A DNA stretch of 63,917 bases, filler included, from Collodictyon triciliatum (lineage: Eukaryota), in NCBI GenBank assembly GCA_043381765.1. It is 8 parts of 8 records of this genome, joined end to end, with 100 filler letters (N's around TTAATTAATTAA, not from the genome) between each part and the next. Parts side by side here need not be neighbours in the genome. Positions count along the whole stretch, not along the records: positions 40,032 to 47,927 come from JBHJMP010003683.1; positions 48,028 to 55,922 come from JBHJMP010003684.1; positions 56,023 to 63,917 come from JBHJMP010003685.1; 5 more parts are not named here. One strand, 5' to 3'. Every line of letters begins with the position of its first letter. The first letter of the stretch is position 1. This document shows positions 41,860 to 59,416 of the stretch, one piece after another. The notes under the pieces were generated by a model. It was not told where the DNA came from, did not search any database, and saw nothing but the letters and a program-made list of their open reading frames with translations. A program made the translations under genes and the position numbers.

Positions 41860-43050
41860 TTCTTGTGGGAAATGGTTCAATATATATTATTATTCTCGGA
41901 AATTATATTTAGTAGGTTTTAAAAAACTTTTTCAAATTTGAAACATAAATAAAATTTCGCAAATTCATAATTATTAGAATTCATTTTGCAATCAATGGCA
42001 CAGCGCTTTCAGGTGATACAAGCCAGCAACCAGTGATTCGCCAGTTCGTAGCGGCACAACGGCAACCTTTTATGGCTATTTTCAATGAAAAGTTCACACC
42101 AAAGCCGTTACGTCGTCGCTTGAAACAGGTGTATCAACATATATGTTTAAAAAATAATGTTGTTTTTTCGGCGCAGTGGCCGCCATTAATTTCTCCGTTG
42201 GATGGTGTTGGGCGAAAACAAAGGGGCAAACGAAATGAGATTCAGACAAATTTTTACCTATAAATGCACAATTTTATTGATAGTACGTATTAAAGATCCA
42301 GTTATATCGAAAGACAGTTGTGGTTCAGCCCGAAGAGCTACATTTCCAGTGAAAGTTAATCCAAATATGGTACACCATTATGCCTTTTTGTTGGGAGTAA
42401 AATAATAAAAACAGCCAAGAATAAAAGAAAACCTTGAAAATGTGAGAAAACGAGCACGAGCAAAGAAAGCCGCGCGTTTTGAATTTTTTTTGTCAAATAA
42501 AAAAAACGCGGGCTGTAATACCTTGCGCACAATTTTGAAAGGACAACCCGCTCGGCACAGTATTTATTTATGTTTTGGACAAGAGCTTCTCCCAAGGTCA
42601 CATTTTGTCCCACACGAACACCCCACCATCTGCAAATATATAATGTGGAAATGAAAACGGGTTCTCATAAAATCCTGTCCGTGTGTCCCTGTAATACACT
42701 TTAAACCAACGAGAGAGAAATAAGTTATCGAGGCGCCTAGTTTTCGATTCAGAAAGATATCGCTACCAACGGGATTCTTGCTAGCCCCTAGCAGCCACTG
42801 AGTACATATTCACGTATCCATGTTCGTATATTAACATAACCCGGATGGTAGTCCAATCAACTAGGGAGCAAGTTGACGCTCAAAGCGTTCGCCAGTAAAA
42901 ACACTCTTTAGTTCTTTTGCCCAGAGAAGAGAGGGTACTGTTAAAATGAGAAATGATCATACAAGAGGCCTGAAAAATGGTTAGAATCACCTTGAGGTGG
43001 GATGAAAGCATTAGGCACTTGACAACGCTTAATAACAATAGAGCCATAAA

Positions 43051-46000
43051 ATGAGGAAATCCGACGATACTGCTGGTGTCTACGACAATAAGCCTCGTGA
43101 GATAGAGGAAGAGCGAGACCTGATGCGCATGTCGCTTTCCAGCTCTATCACTGGCGGGTTGGACATCGCCGACCTGTCCTCTGTCTGGAACAGAAACCCT
43201 GGCGCGGGAAACGACGCCTTGGTATCTGATGAGATTAGGGAGAAGTACAAGATGGACAAGTGGCTCTGCTTCGTGGTTTGATATTCCTACATTTTCCTTA
43301 TAGTCCACAAAGTTTGAGGACAGCCATTTTCTTGCATTTTCTTGCTTTTTTTTTTTTTGCTTTTTTAGCTCAAAACACCATCAACCCTGAGTAAACAAAT
43401 ATTTCTGTGCGACAAGATGGGATTTGTTCTTTTTGAAGTATCACCCATTTATCTGAATTCATGTGGGACATATGTTTCGATTCAACGCATTATTTGTATA
43501 TGGAAGTGTACACTGACTCTTCGAGATGTAGAACGAAGAGGTGGAAGAGGACTTCTTTGAAAAGTACTTCTACAACTCCATCAAGACACATCGTGCCTTC
43601 TGCCTGATTGTGCCGTCCATCTACAGTCTCTTCATTCTCATCCAAATATTTGGGTTCAACCTTCCGGTGTTCGTTCTATACTTTATACTTGGGGGTGGTA
43701 CGCTGGGAGTGTATTTCTACCTTAGGACAAAGTACTACACCATGCATTTCTCGAGTTATCCATCCAGCTATCACTACTTTTATGAAATATTCCACTTTCA
43801 TCTTATCTTTAAAGTTTTAATTGGTTGCTACAGCCAGATGCTGCTCGTGAATGTGCTTAGCTAATGATTAACCCAGTGTCTAAAATATGGTGGATTGAAC
43901 TTTTGCCTAATCCTACAGGAATGCCAGAGACTACCAAGTCCACCTAATTTGTGGTCTTGTCTTCTACCATGCGATTGGAGTTGGAATTACAAGAATACTG
44001 AGCTTCAATAAAGAATTATCAGAATACCTACAGCTTAACAATGGTCGTTCATATGCTGTCTTCTACATATTCGTGCTCTACAGTGGGATGATGTCTTTGC
44101 GCATCACCGTCAAAGTAAGGAATTATAAATGTATTTCATTTCAGTATCTTCATCTCCTTTATTTGGAATATGGCATAGGTAAATCATTTCTCCCTTCGTC
44201 ATTTCATGAATGTATTTGCTGGTGCCGAGAATCAAGAAAACAAACAACAAACTGATTCATGACCATAATATTTAGATTATCACAAAGATATGGGTCGCAG
44301 TCATGATTAACTACTATATCATCATTTCCTTGCTGCCACTTATGGAACCCGAGCAGTATTTGGATGGGAGCTTCTTTGTTGTTGCAGTGAGTATCTCGTT
44401 GGGAGTGGCTGCTTACTCTACCGAGCTTGGAAACCGAAACCAAGAGGTATCCTCTCACCCACAAAAACTTATGATGTAAATAGAATGTGTTTGAGTATGC
44501 ATGATACAAGGCGACTATTTTATTATTTTTTTTTTTACGCCTCAACTCCAAGATGGACAGCCAGCATACCTTATAGATGAAGATATGTGATGCAGTATAT
44601 CGCTTCTATTTTTAAAAACTATTTGTGCGAATCGATAACAGATAAGAAGAGCAGCCGTGTTGCGTCACACAGAAGAAGTTGTGAAGGAAAAAACCATCAC
44701 GGTAAGGATTTCTTTGATTGAAGTTTCGTACTACCATAAATGACTTTTTTTTTGGTTTAAACTGATATTATATCCATCAAAGCAAATATATAAATATCAT
44801 CAACAAGATTGGTGGAATATTTATCATTCAAACAAAAACTAAGCTCCGTCACCAAATAGGAAAAGCTGCTTCTCAACATTCTACCAAGGACGATTGCACG
44901 CAGGCTGATGGATGGAGAAGAGGTGAGTCAGACTCGATTGTGTAAGGGCTGAGAATCGGTTGACCAGAAGTCGTGACACATAATGATAAAGCAGCAAGCC
45001 TACATGAAATACAAATTATGTGGGAGTATGATGTATTGTCAAAGATTTCCCCCTTTATTGGATTCAAGGATGGTGTCAATATATTAAAGGGCCGTACGAT
45101 GGCACATAGGTTATTGCAGACCAATATGAGAACGTGACTGTTCTTTTTGCGGACGTGGTGGGATGGACAGACATATCGCGGTCCATGAACCCTGTGGAGA
45201 GCATCGAGCTACTGAATGAGATTGTCTCGAACCTGGACCGTCTGACTATGTTTTACAAAATGGAGAAAATCAAGACCATCGGCGATGGTGAATAATATAC
45301 ATATATAAAATAAAAAAAGCAAAAAAAAAAAAATACTTTTTTTTTAAAAAAATATGCCTGTGCGAAACGGCATGAAAGATATGGGGAGCATCACGATAGA
45401 CATTTTTGATGAAAAGAAATGGTTGGTTAATGATAGGATACTTGGTGGCATGCGGACTACCCGAGCCCATGGAAGCAGCCGCAAGTTGTCGGGCAGTCGC
45501 CAACTTTGCATTGGACGTCCTTGGAATCGTTAGTATTTGAGTCTGAATAATGTGTGATAATCAATGAGAATGGAGAGCTCTTACTGTCGTTGTACGTCTG
45601 TGTACGTCTGTGTATGTATGTATGTATGTATGTATGTATGTATGTATGTATGTATGTATGTATGTATGTATGTATGTATGTATGTATGTATGTATGTATG
45701 TATGTATGTATGTGTGTGTGTGTAATACAATCAAGATAAAATGAGCACTGATGAGGATTTAATACGGCGCTAGCTTGAAAACATCTCCAAGGGAAAGAAG
45801 CACACCTTTGAGATGACGATTGGGATACACACAGGGTCGGTAGTCGCAGGTGTAATCGGTAAGCCGACTTGCAAACAAGATGCACACCTATGTCTGACCT
45901 GTTGTATTTTTCCTGGCTCGAATATATGATTCTTGTAGTAAGTTAGCGAACAAGTTTGGATAGCTGACTGAAATAAACATCCATGAATCAATAGGCAAGA

Positions 46001-47927
46001 CCAAGTTCCTGTACGACCTTTGGGGAGACTCCGTCAACACAGGTCAGCTCATTCAACAGATACCCAGCCAAGCTGGTGCTTTTTTAAGAAGTGCTATAAA
46101 GAAATGAATATGAATGACATCACAGTCTATACTCTCACATCAATCGACGCGTTTGGGTGTGATTACGGCAGATTATCGCATATTTTAATAATGACAATGA
46201 ATGTGCTATCTACAGCAAGCCGCATGCAGTCACACGGCGACTCCAACCGAATCCACGTGTCAGCGCGAGTGTATGAGCTCCTGAGCTCAGAGTATGAGTT
46301 CGAAAAGCGACCAGTGATGCAAATCAAAGGCAAGGGAGAGATGCAAACGTACTTCCTATTAAGGAGGTAGGAGGGAAAAAAATACAACTTTATTACCATT
46401 CTGCTTCGCGGCTGGTGTTTCTACGAAGCACGAAGGGATGTGACTGAATCAGATAGTCCTTGTGACATAGGATTATCATGCTATCTCTGAAATGCTCAAT
46501 ATGAAAGGCCCCCATCAACATCTAATAACAGCATATCACCGACATAAGGAACGCGTCAAGCAAGGTCGAGACCAGGAAGGATGACATTACACTTGTCCAA
46601 CCCCTTAACGGTATGTATTATTTCAGTAAATAACAGCATTTCCATCTCTTGTATTCGATTCATGAGAAGTTGTTTTGTATTTTCTACTGTCCGATAAAGT
46701 TATTACGCCTTGGTTGAACAGTCAATCATAGCATATACACGAAAAATATACATTTACACATTTCCTTATGATACTTCGAGGTGTATAGCATGGTTGTATG
46801 AATGAAAATCCCACTCGATGCCTGGGTCCTTTTCATGAAGGCTAACAAAACTCTTTGATGCAGCGGACGAGGATAAAGAGAAGGTGCCGCAACTGGTGGA
46901 AGTCAAAGACGAAAAGTCTGGTAACAATATGTCACGGAAAGACCGGAAAGCCAGAGAAGCCATCCAGAAAAAGAATCAAGAGCTGGATGCACAGCTGGAC
47001 AGCCAAATCCAATCTAGCTGGAGCATCTTGAGGTTCACGGACACGAGTTTGGAGGAGAAATTCCGCAAGATTCAAGGAACGATTGTGCAGGAGCGCATGG
47101 CGCTGTTTACCGGGTTTCTTATATTTGTGGAGCTGATTGCAGGACTAGACATGTATGCATTCGACTCGGAGCAAATCGACGTGTACTACAAGGTCTTTGG
47201 GCCGTGTGCCTGTGTGCAGGTAATGGGGATGGAGCTAAAGAGCTATGTGTCATGTGTGCATGTTTCCTATCTCTGCCATACATGCTTTATTTAGCGCAGG
47301 TGTTCATTTGGTTCTGATATTTGTTTTGTTCGACATGTGGTGATGAGAATGATAGATCTTAGATGACAACTCACTAGCAAGAAATTGTAACTTTGGAGGT
47401 TCATTATTACTGATATTGTATTTTCTTTCAATTGATAACATGGGCAAAGCTTGTGAATGCAGTTATCAGCCATTTTGCGCGGGACAGCTCGATGGGACTG
47501 AGTACATTCAACATCATACTAAACCGCTTCGCAATAGTAGTGCTGTATGGCTATTACCGGTAGCTTTTTCTTTTTTCTTTTTCTTTTTCTTTTTTCTTTT
47601 CCTTTTTTCTTTTTCTTTTTTCTTTTTTTTATATAACTCTAGGTTCCATGGCTATAATTTTCTGTATGTCGTCACGTCAAATTTTTGTTGTTTACAATTG
47701 TTTTATACGCAAATACTCTGCCTGATTTTATCTGAGTCTTCTCAAGATGGCGCTTTTGTAAAGTGACGAATGATTATTTTCAGGAGTATAGCACATCTTT
47801 GTTCTTTCATTAAAAAAAAACACAAAAAAAATGAAATATAGAAATCAAACATCTACTGGTACACGACTTATTTACCTCTTGAATGCCTTGACTATGGTGA
47901 TGACATACAACTCGTCTCAAGTGCCGT
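43051..47927 (+). CDS. Class III transmembrane adenylyl cyclase (TM cluster - cyclase domain - second TM cluster), 3' end cut by contig end
   Basis: [87 protein letters not shown]. Confidence 0.9.
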
Positions 47928-48221
47928 NNNNNNNNNNNNNNNNNNNNNNNNNNNNNNNNNNNNNNNNNNNNTTAATTAATTAANNNNNNNNNNNNNNNNN
48001 NNNNNNNNNNNNNNNNNNNNNNNNNNNAAAAACCAAAAACCAAAAACCAAAAACCAAAAACCAAAAACCAAAAACCAAAAACCAAAAACCAAAAACCAAA
48101 AACCAAAAACCAAAAACCAAAAACCAAAAACAATTATCTAAGAAACAATTATCTAGAGGCCTACACTCAGTGGCACAATCCGCAATAATTCACAAAACGC
48201 GCGCCGTCTTCGACCATCGCC

Positions 48222-50260
48222 ATGTCCGACGACCCGGTCTATCTCGAAGAGTTACGGAAACTTACACGACATAAGAGTATCAATACTCTCCGAACCTGCT
48301 CGAAACTCAATTTGAAGTCAAAAAAATTGACTTCCATTCCTCTCGGAGTCTATTTACTTACTGGCTTGAAGAACCTTTGTCTCGAATTCAATCAAATATC
48401 GTTCATACATCCCCAGATATCACGCCTAACGAACTTGTTGGAATTTGATGTTGGTTATAATAAGCTGTCGTCTCTTCCAATAGAGATATCATGCCTGACT
48501 AGTGTTACAAAAGTTACCTTTAGCTGCAATAGCATATCCCACCTCCCACAGGAGGTATCATGTTTTGCACGTCTGCTTGTTTTTTCACTTTCTTCCTTTG
48601 GGTCATCGATACTACCTCGAGAAATGTCTTGTCTGACGCGCCTTACGGAACTCGATCTTAGTGGCAATGGAGTGAAGATATTCCCTCCAGTAGTATCCCA
48701 TCTAACTAATCTCTCTATTTTAAATGTAAACAGAAATGGGATTTCCGCATTACTGCCAGAAATATCATGTTTGACGAATCTTTGGTATTTTCATGCTTCA
48801 GAAAATGAGTTGTCATTTTTACCTCCAGAGATATCGTGCTTGACAAATCTGCAGAATCTCGATATAAGCCGCAACAATCTGTCATATCTGCCTCCAGAGA
48901 TTTCGTGCTGGAAAAAGCTATCCATATTAAATATACATGAGAACTGTATCTCCTACCTACAACAAAAAATGACATGTCTAAATGACCTTCACGAACTTAA
49001 TCTCGAAGGAAACCAATTGTCATACTTGCCTTCAGAAATATCATGTCTGACAAATCTGCATCACATATGTTTACGACGCAACATGGTTTGGAATTATATA
49101 ATTTAAAATTCTTAATTATTCTCTTTTTTTTTTAAAAAAAATATTGCGCATTATTGAAATATATCAAACAACGCAGATAGAGGAGCTTCCACCACAAATC
49201 ACAGCTCTTAGTAATTTAAATGTGATTCTGATGGGAGATGAGATATACACGAACATCCAAAGGGCGCCACGGGGAATCACTAATCTTCCTCTCTGGAAGA
49301 AAGCAGAATACATGCCCCACAAGCCAATACTTGCAATAGAGCTATATGACACGGTAACCAGTGTAGAAAATGTCTCTAGAATTCAATATCTAAACAATAC
49401 AAACAGATTGATTCTGTGACGATGGAAAGATGGAGGCCAAGCGAGGTACAAGTCAGATTTTTGTCTTTGAGCCTGCAAGGAATGAAGCTCACATCACTAC
49501 CAGAAGCCATCTCGATTATGCAAAATCTAACTTACTTGTGTCTCGGAAGAAATCAGGTATTTACCGATGTTCCTTTCAAATCTTGCGAGATGATAAGAAA
49601 GAAGTCATTTATTATTTGAATTATTGCTTATTCGTTTGCTTATTATTCATTTTAAACTCAAAAGATGTTATCATAAAACTAATGAGCTATACTTTCATGT
49701 CGCTCTAGCTGACCGAGGTTCCTGAGTCTATCTGCTCTATTTCATCTCTTGTTCACCTTGACATCTCGTACAACCATGTAACGTAAAATTGAGATTATCA
49801 TGAGCTTCTTTTCTTTTCATTTATGGATGTGAGCAGATATCTATTTAAAGTAAGCCTTTTAAAATATATGAAACATCCATCAGATATCAAGGTTACCCAA
49901 TTCTATAAACAGACTTCGCAATCTCGAAATACTCAACGCTGCGCATAACGAGGTGATGAATGAATTAAAATATAGGTTAAAACTGTTGTCTTTGTTAGTC
50001 TTCGTCGCCAATAATTGTTTCCTTCATATTGGACGCATCCTGGTGTTTGAATGATTATTCGTCCTGCATTGAATCCGTTTCATTTATAAATATCTTAGAT
50101 TTCAGAGCTACTTGCCCTTGACTCAGAGTTAAAAGGCACAGCGCATAAACGAGAGCTCGAACTTGAGTCCATTCTACCAGAGTCCAGTAGAAAACACAAA
50201 GGAAGCTTTATTGGATATTTTTGGCCAAGTGATTCATCTGATTCGTATACCAAGATGTAG
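48222..50260 (+). CDS. Leucine-rich repeat protein (23-aa repeats)
   Basis: Repeated LxxLxLxxNxLSxLPxEISC units in exon 1 and later short exons. Confidence 0.9.
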
Positions 50261-51136
50261 AGAACAATGAATTATATGAGCATCGTATGAGTATCTCTGC
50301 GTCCGAAATCTTCTCGCCTTGCATATCCACAAAGAAGAAAAGAAAAAAGGAAATAAAAATATGGGCAATTATGCTTGGTTTTTGATAAATTAGTCAAGAT
50401 AGTCGCGTGTTCACATGCCAAATGGAATGATTGTTAGATAATGATTACAATCAACAAGAAAATGATGAATCGAAAATAAGAGGACTTCGGATGGACGAGA
50501 GACCAAAAAAATATCAAAAATAAATGAATAAAATAAACCATATATCGATACTCAAAATTATGATTAAAAGAAAAACGCAACAGAGGACACTCTCTTTGTA
50601 TCGTTTATTAAATTATTTAAGGTTAAAGAAAGAATCGGCATCTTGGTGTAAATCCTTCAATACTTTACGCAAATCTGGTTGTAAAAATCAAGCTTTAACA
50701 ACTTATATTTGAAATGAATGACAGCCAACCAAAACACTCCTCATGAATTAGGTTATTATTTTTAGTTTGCTTTTTGTATAGAGAAACCTAGTATAACCTT
50801 TAAACTTTACATGGCACGGCTTTATACAGCTGTATAAATTCTTCGGTGTAGCTGTCTCTTTCAGTAATTGTGATATGCGGGTCACTGTGTTGTGTTTTTC
50901 AATCAAACGGAGAAAAGGCTCTAGCTTGGTCAATTTGCTCTTAAGATTATCATAGTTAAGTCGTATTTCCAGTCAGCATCTAGATTTTTGAGACGCTTTT
51001 CATTTTTAAGCGTTCAAAAAAGACGCGCCCTATTTTGTTTGCTTTTGAGCCTTAATTACGCTTGAGTTGGTTAAACTAAGAATGTCCTTGTGGTGATATG
51101 CCTATATCAATATTTTATCTCAGTTATATTTTCTGA

Positions 51137-53408
51137 TTAGCTTGATGTCTCTATATATTCGAGCGTTGAGTAGGTGTTGGTACTAGGATCTCTGGGGTCG
51201 GTCTGCATGTTGACATGTTTATAATCATATGCGTGAGTAGGACCCATAGATAGAAAATTACAACTATAATAATCACAACAAGAACGATGAAAATAATATA
51301 ATAACAATAACAGTATAATGAATGATGTATTCTTAAATCAACATGCTTTCAATAAGTTTTGGATGAAAATTTCACACCGGGAGAAACCAGTACAACGGAT
51401 TAGGTCCCATTACAGACGATACATTCTTAATCCATCCTTGAGAGTATGGAGATGAATTCTAGTGGCAGTAAAGACTGTTTTGTGGCGTGAAAGCTACTTG
51501 TGGACTACCGGTGTATTTTTTTTAACATAAAAACGTTTCTTAAAAAAAAATGAAAATACATGGAATTTTTTCATGAAACGAATTATGTTGCAATCGCGCG
51601 CATGGAAGCAGTTATCAGCCAATTCGATAGTGGTGGTATTAATTATGACCATGTACATATGTACACCACAAAATATGGCGATGATGGTTCCAATTGCGAT
51701 GGAGACTGCAAAAGATATTGTAGCCTGGTGTCCAAATAAAAGGAACAAAATGTGAGTGGTTCATTGTTCTCATTATTCCATTCAAAGTGATAATAAGATT
51801 ATCATTGAAAAATGAAAATGACATATTGCTCATCATAAAATCTGCGAGATGTTGCATATTTTGTAGTAAGGACACAATATTGAAATTCACCATCATTGTA
51901 ACAAAGTCTTCACTCCAAAGGTAGTATCCCAGCATAATGAAATACGAGCTTATGCTCGCATAAAATAAGAATAGTATGAAGTACTTGTGGTTCCAAAGAC
52001 CAACACAATTACAAACCCAAGGACCTTTAGATATGAAAACCCACTTTCTTTTAACAAGTAGAACCTCTCTAAAGGATATTATGAATGTTTTTGGGTCGCT
52101 AATAATCGAATGGATGATATATTTGCAGTTGAACATTACAATGATGATCCATTCGCAAGACGCATCTATTATATCCACGTGGATAATACTAGCTCAGTAA
52201 TAATAACATTTTCATGGCGGTTTTCATATTATATTAATACCTCCCACATAAGGCACAATGATGCGCTCTGGCTGGTCGATATCTAGAGCATCTCTGACAA
52301 AAGGTATCCGAATCGTCTTGGGTGGTTGATTCGTTTGGCCTAAGAGTACAAATTGCATTTAAATGAAAGGACTCTTACATGAGTCATGAGAATTATATAT
52401 TATATGAATAAACCAAAACCGAAGCGTGTCATCCTAGGGTTGAATGCCAAAGTATTAAAGAATGTTATTTTCTTATTGCCAGAAAAACAGATGAAATATT
52501 TCGGTAGAAATAGCACACAAGCATATTATTAGTAGCTATAAACATCCGCAATGCGCCTCAAATATTGTAACATTATGCTTTTAGTCCGATGCAAGAGGTC
52601 ATGCATAATAAATCAAATTATAATAAAATTTTATGTATGTTTGTATAATATCAAGAACATTTCATTTAAATACATGACACAAATAGACAGATATTCACAT
52701 TATTAGTGAAAAGTATATTTTAATTGAGAATAAAATAGGTAAATATCCCTGTATGCCATCAATGAGAATGGGGCGACATATTTGATTCTTATTAATGTTA
52801 ATACATCAAATCGGACGATGCCAGGGTCGCTAAAAATGCATCGGATATAGGAAACCACGGTAAGCAGCATGCTTGTTTGAAACCCCAGAAATATAGACCA
52901 GCCCCTAGCCACATCAAACAGAAATTAAAAGCATGAAATACATAAGTAAGACAGAAAAGGGGCATTTACTTAATTACTTATTATTTATCTATTTATGTAT
53001 CTACTTATTTGCCTATTTATTTGTCCATTTATTCATTTATTTATTCATTTATTTATTCATTTATTTATTTATTTGTCTATTTATTTGTCTATTTATTTGT
53101 CTATTTATTCATTTGTCTATTCATTTATTTATATATTCATTTATTTAAAAAAATGCTCTTTTGAGAGTCAGGGAGAACTAAGAGGCAAAAGAGAAGCTAC
53201 GGAAAGAAGAGGGTTTCAACCGCTTTGAGTCTATGAATCTGTACCGTGGTACTTGCTCTTGTATTTTCTCTGGGAGAACATCGAAGGTGAACCCGTAGTA
53301 GCCAATGAAGATCAGCCCAAAGATCACGATCGAAGGAGAAAACCACAGCGCAGTGTAAATCCCTCTCAACATTCTTGCAGAGAGCAACGTGAGACATCGT
53401 CGAAGCAT
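51137..53408 (-). CDS. DHHC palmitoyl acyltransferase
   Basis: [69 protein letters not shown]. Confidence 0.93.
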
Positions 53409-53724
53409 TTCCTACGGGGAGGAACAAAGGTGGCTTTATTGCCCGTATATATTTATGAAACAAACATTCTGTTGCTCTGGAAAGTCACTTAATCATCAGC
53501 TCCACGGGCACTGTTTTTGACTGCCAGACAGAACTAAAAGTGAAATACAAAGCACGCGAGAATGCCTATGTTTATATCTTATGGGTTTCTGCAAAAACAT
53601 AGCGTTCGGTATGTTTTTTAACTTTCAATTTTGAATTGTTCACTTTTTGAAGCAGTATTTTTTTTTTATGTTATTGCTCTTTATTATTATTTTCTCTTCA
53701 TGAGCCCCACGCCATGGGGTACAA

Positions 53725-55786
53725 CTAAATGTGCATCTCCTCCTCAAGTTTTTTCATGTAATCACGGAGCCCAGCCAAGAACTCTGCTTTGTCTAAGAGT
53801 AGACTTCTCATAGTCGGGGTCAGATACTCATCCGCTTTTTCCCAGCGCTCTCGGGCATAATCAAGAGGCGATATCTAACCACATCATATGTGAGTGATAT
53901 GGTTTATTTTAAAGCTACATTCGAGGGTACTCTTAACAAAATGCCCCTTTAAAATTATGATTCCTTTTTGATATATTAAGTATCCTGCGATAGGGCTTAT
54001 TTCTGTATTGTAGGACATATATAATATAAAGAAAAATATGAATCTTATGTGATCAAATAATAGGGAGGATGCCAGACTCGTATATTGCAAACCTGGTCCT
54101 TCTCGATCAGTTCGTATACCAGGGCAAAGTAGTGATGAGCTTCTTCAAAATGCTCAGAGGGTGAAAAGGCCCGTTTTCCACCATCATATATGACACATTG
54201 TTGGATGAAAGGGAATATGTTGTCTGCATGTTTTGGTATCTTTTAGGAACTCATTATATTGACAAAGTAAATGATTGTCTTAGGAAATAAATTTGGCACA
54301 GCACGATTTAGATAAGTTTTTTTTTCTTCCCATCAAAATACAGGAATTACTTTGTTTCTTTCTTAAGAAATGCAGGAATTCGTCCGATAAGCGAGCATTC
54401 AAGAGCAAAAAGTCTGTCCCAGGTGTTTTGATGTTTACTTTTGTTTCTGTAGATGCCAACGAAAAGATACCTTTTATGTGCAATCAAAAATGAACGAAAA
54501 TAAACTACTACGCAGGAAGTACTATTATGTAATAACCAAACCTAGTTTTTGAATTTATTCATTTGCGTAATATTCATAAAACCATACTTTTTGAAAAAAA
54601 ATATTTTATTTTGACACCTATTTCAATAATGACCCGAACCTTCATAAAAGACACAAACAGAGCCCACATAATCTTCACAAGCATCTTTCATCAACGGATT
54701 ACACTCTTGCAGCATTATCGAGGTAGCGTTTTCACACCCGATTGTTAATAAAATGACGTGACTCACACGATATCGATGTTCTTTGCACTCTTTCGCCAAA
54801 GTATGAATAGCATATCTAAGCGTTGTACCGCTTGCGACGATATCCCCAATTAAAACCACGGATGGGTAAACCTAATATTTGTAAAATAATTCATAGACGG
54901 GAAAAAAATGGGTAATCTTGATGATGTCAAACAAAGTGCCGCTACCAAAAAAAAAATATTTGAGAATCAATATACGTAAAGCAGTTCAGACAAATGTCAC
55001 CAAAGTAGACGCGCAAATAAATTGGCTACTTTCAAAAGGAAAAGACTCCTCTTGGAAGTCGATATAAATGTACTAATATTTAAAATGAATAGGAGGTCAT
55101 AGAAAAAAATTAATTTAAAAAATGACCTTTGACAATGACAGCTTGACATAGTTTGCATCCTCCACACGATAAATCCCTGTGGCCACCTGACTCCGTTGAG
55201 CACTCATAAAGGATGCTCGCGCGCGCGGGAACCCTGCCTTTGCAAGAGCCGTCTGCAACCCAAACGCAAGACTTCCTCGCAGCACCGAAAGCACATTTAT
55301 GTTGCGGTCTGTCACATCGACAATTCGCCCTGCCTTTGCTACTTTTGCGCGGTTGTCAGATGCATCCACATCTTCAAGTGTCGAGACAACTGTGATGGGA
55401 TCTGAGCAGAATCCGAAGCTGCTTGGTCGATGCGGTGAAGCTGGTGGGTTGCTGGTTGCGTGGCTCTGGCTCTGGCTCTGGCTGTATCGAAAAGTGCGTG
55501 GCTCGCTTAGTGCCTCACTCAAACTCGCGTCTGGTATGGGCTCTGTGAGTCGGATACGACGCGGGCACTCCACAAGAACCCGATGCCAATAGCGTGAGCG
55601 GAAAAAGACTGAGGCTGCAGATTCGAGGGAACAAAGGTATTCGTGCCCAGAAACAAAAGGGTCGGTCAGAATGTGCCGTGTTCCGCCGCACGAGACAATG
55701 CAGATGGTCAGGGTATCGTGTTGCAGGTCGCTTGGGGCGTGGATGGACTCAGTCAGGTAGGATGATGTGCGGCTGCGGTGACTCAT
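53725..55786 (-). CDS. Type I phosphoribosyltransferase-like protein (UPRT-like fold), five exons
   Basis: VLSVLRGSLAF; PRPP loop VVLIGDIVASGTTL; VFYEGIFSL...PGTDF; QCVIYDGGKRAF; last exon ...YMKKLEEEMHI*. Confidence 0.65.
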
Positions 55787-56022
55787 TTGCTTCTTTTCGA
55801 GTCTGTTTTGTTTTTGGTGTTTTTTGGTGTTTTTTGGTGTTTTTTGTTTTTTTGTTTTTTTTTGTTTTTTTTTGTTTTTTTTTGTTTTTTTTGTTTTTTT
55901 TGTTTTTTTTTGTTTTTTTTGTNNNNNNNNNNNNNNNNNNNNNNNNNNNNNNNNNNNNNNNNNNNNTTAATTAATTAANNNNNNNNNNNNNNNNNNNNNN
56001 NNNNNNNNNNNNNNNNNNNNNN

Positions 56023-56075
<53 letters not shown>

Positions 56076-56292
56076 AAAAAAAAAAAAAAAAAAAAAAACA
56101 GAGTCAAACGCTTTGTTATATTTATGCTAGCACACACAGTTTTATACAAGAGATAATCTTTGAATAGAAAAAAAAGGAAAAAATAAAAGAAAACATTTCA
56201 TATTAGCGGAATACATAAAGAAAGTGGAGTAATTCTGTAGTTTGCTAACGGATTTCATTATTTTCTTTTCTTTGTTTTCATTTTGTATTTAG

Positions 56293-59416
<3,124 letters not shown>

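Noticed and set aside
41227-41880. 217-aa ORF
   Set aside because: Overlaps tRNA-Asn and has no recognisable protein features.
48028-48130. (AAAAACC)n / (TTTTTGG)n as telomeres
   Set aside because: The 8013 array has the wrong orientation for a chromosome end, and most contigs here break at assorted microsatellites.
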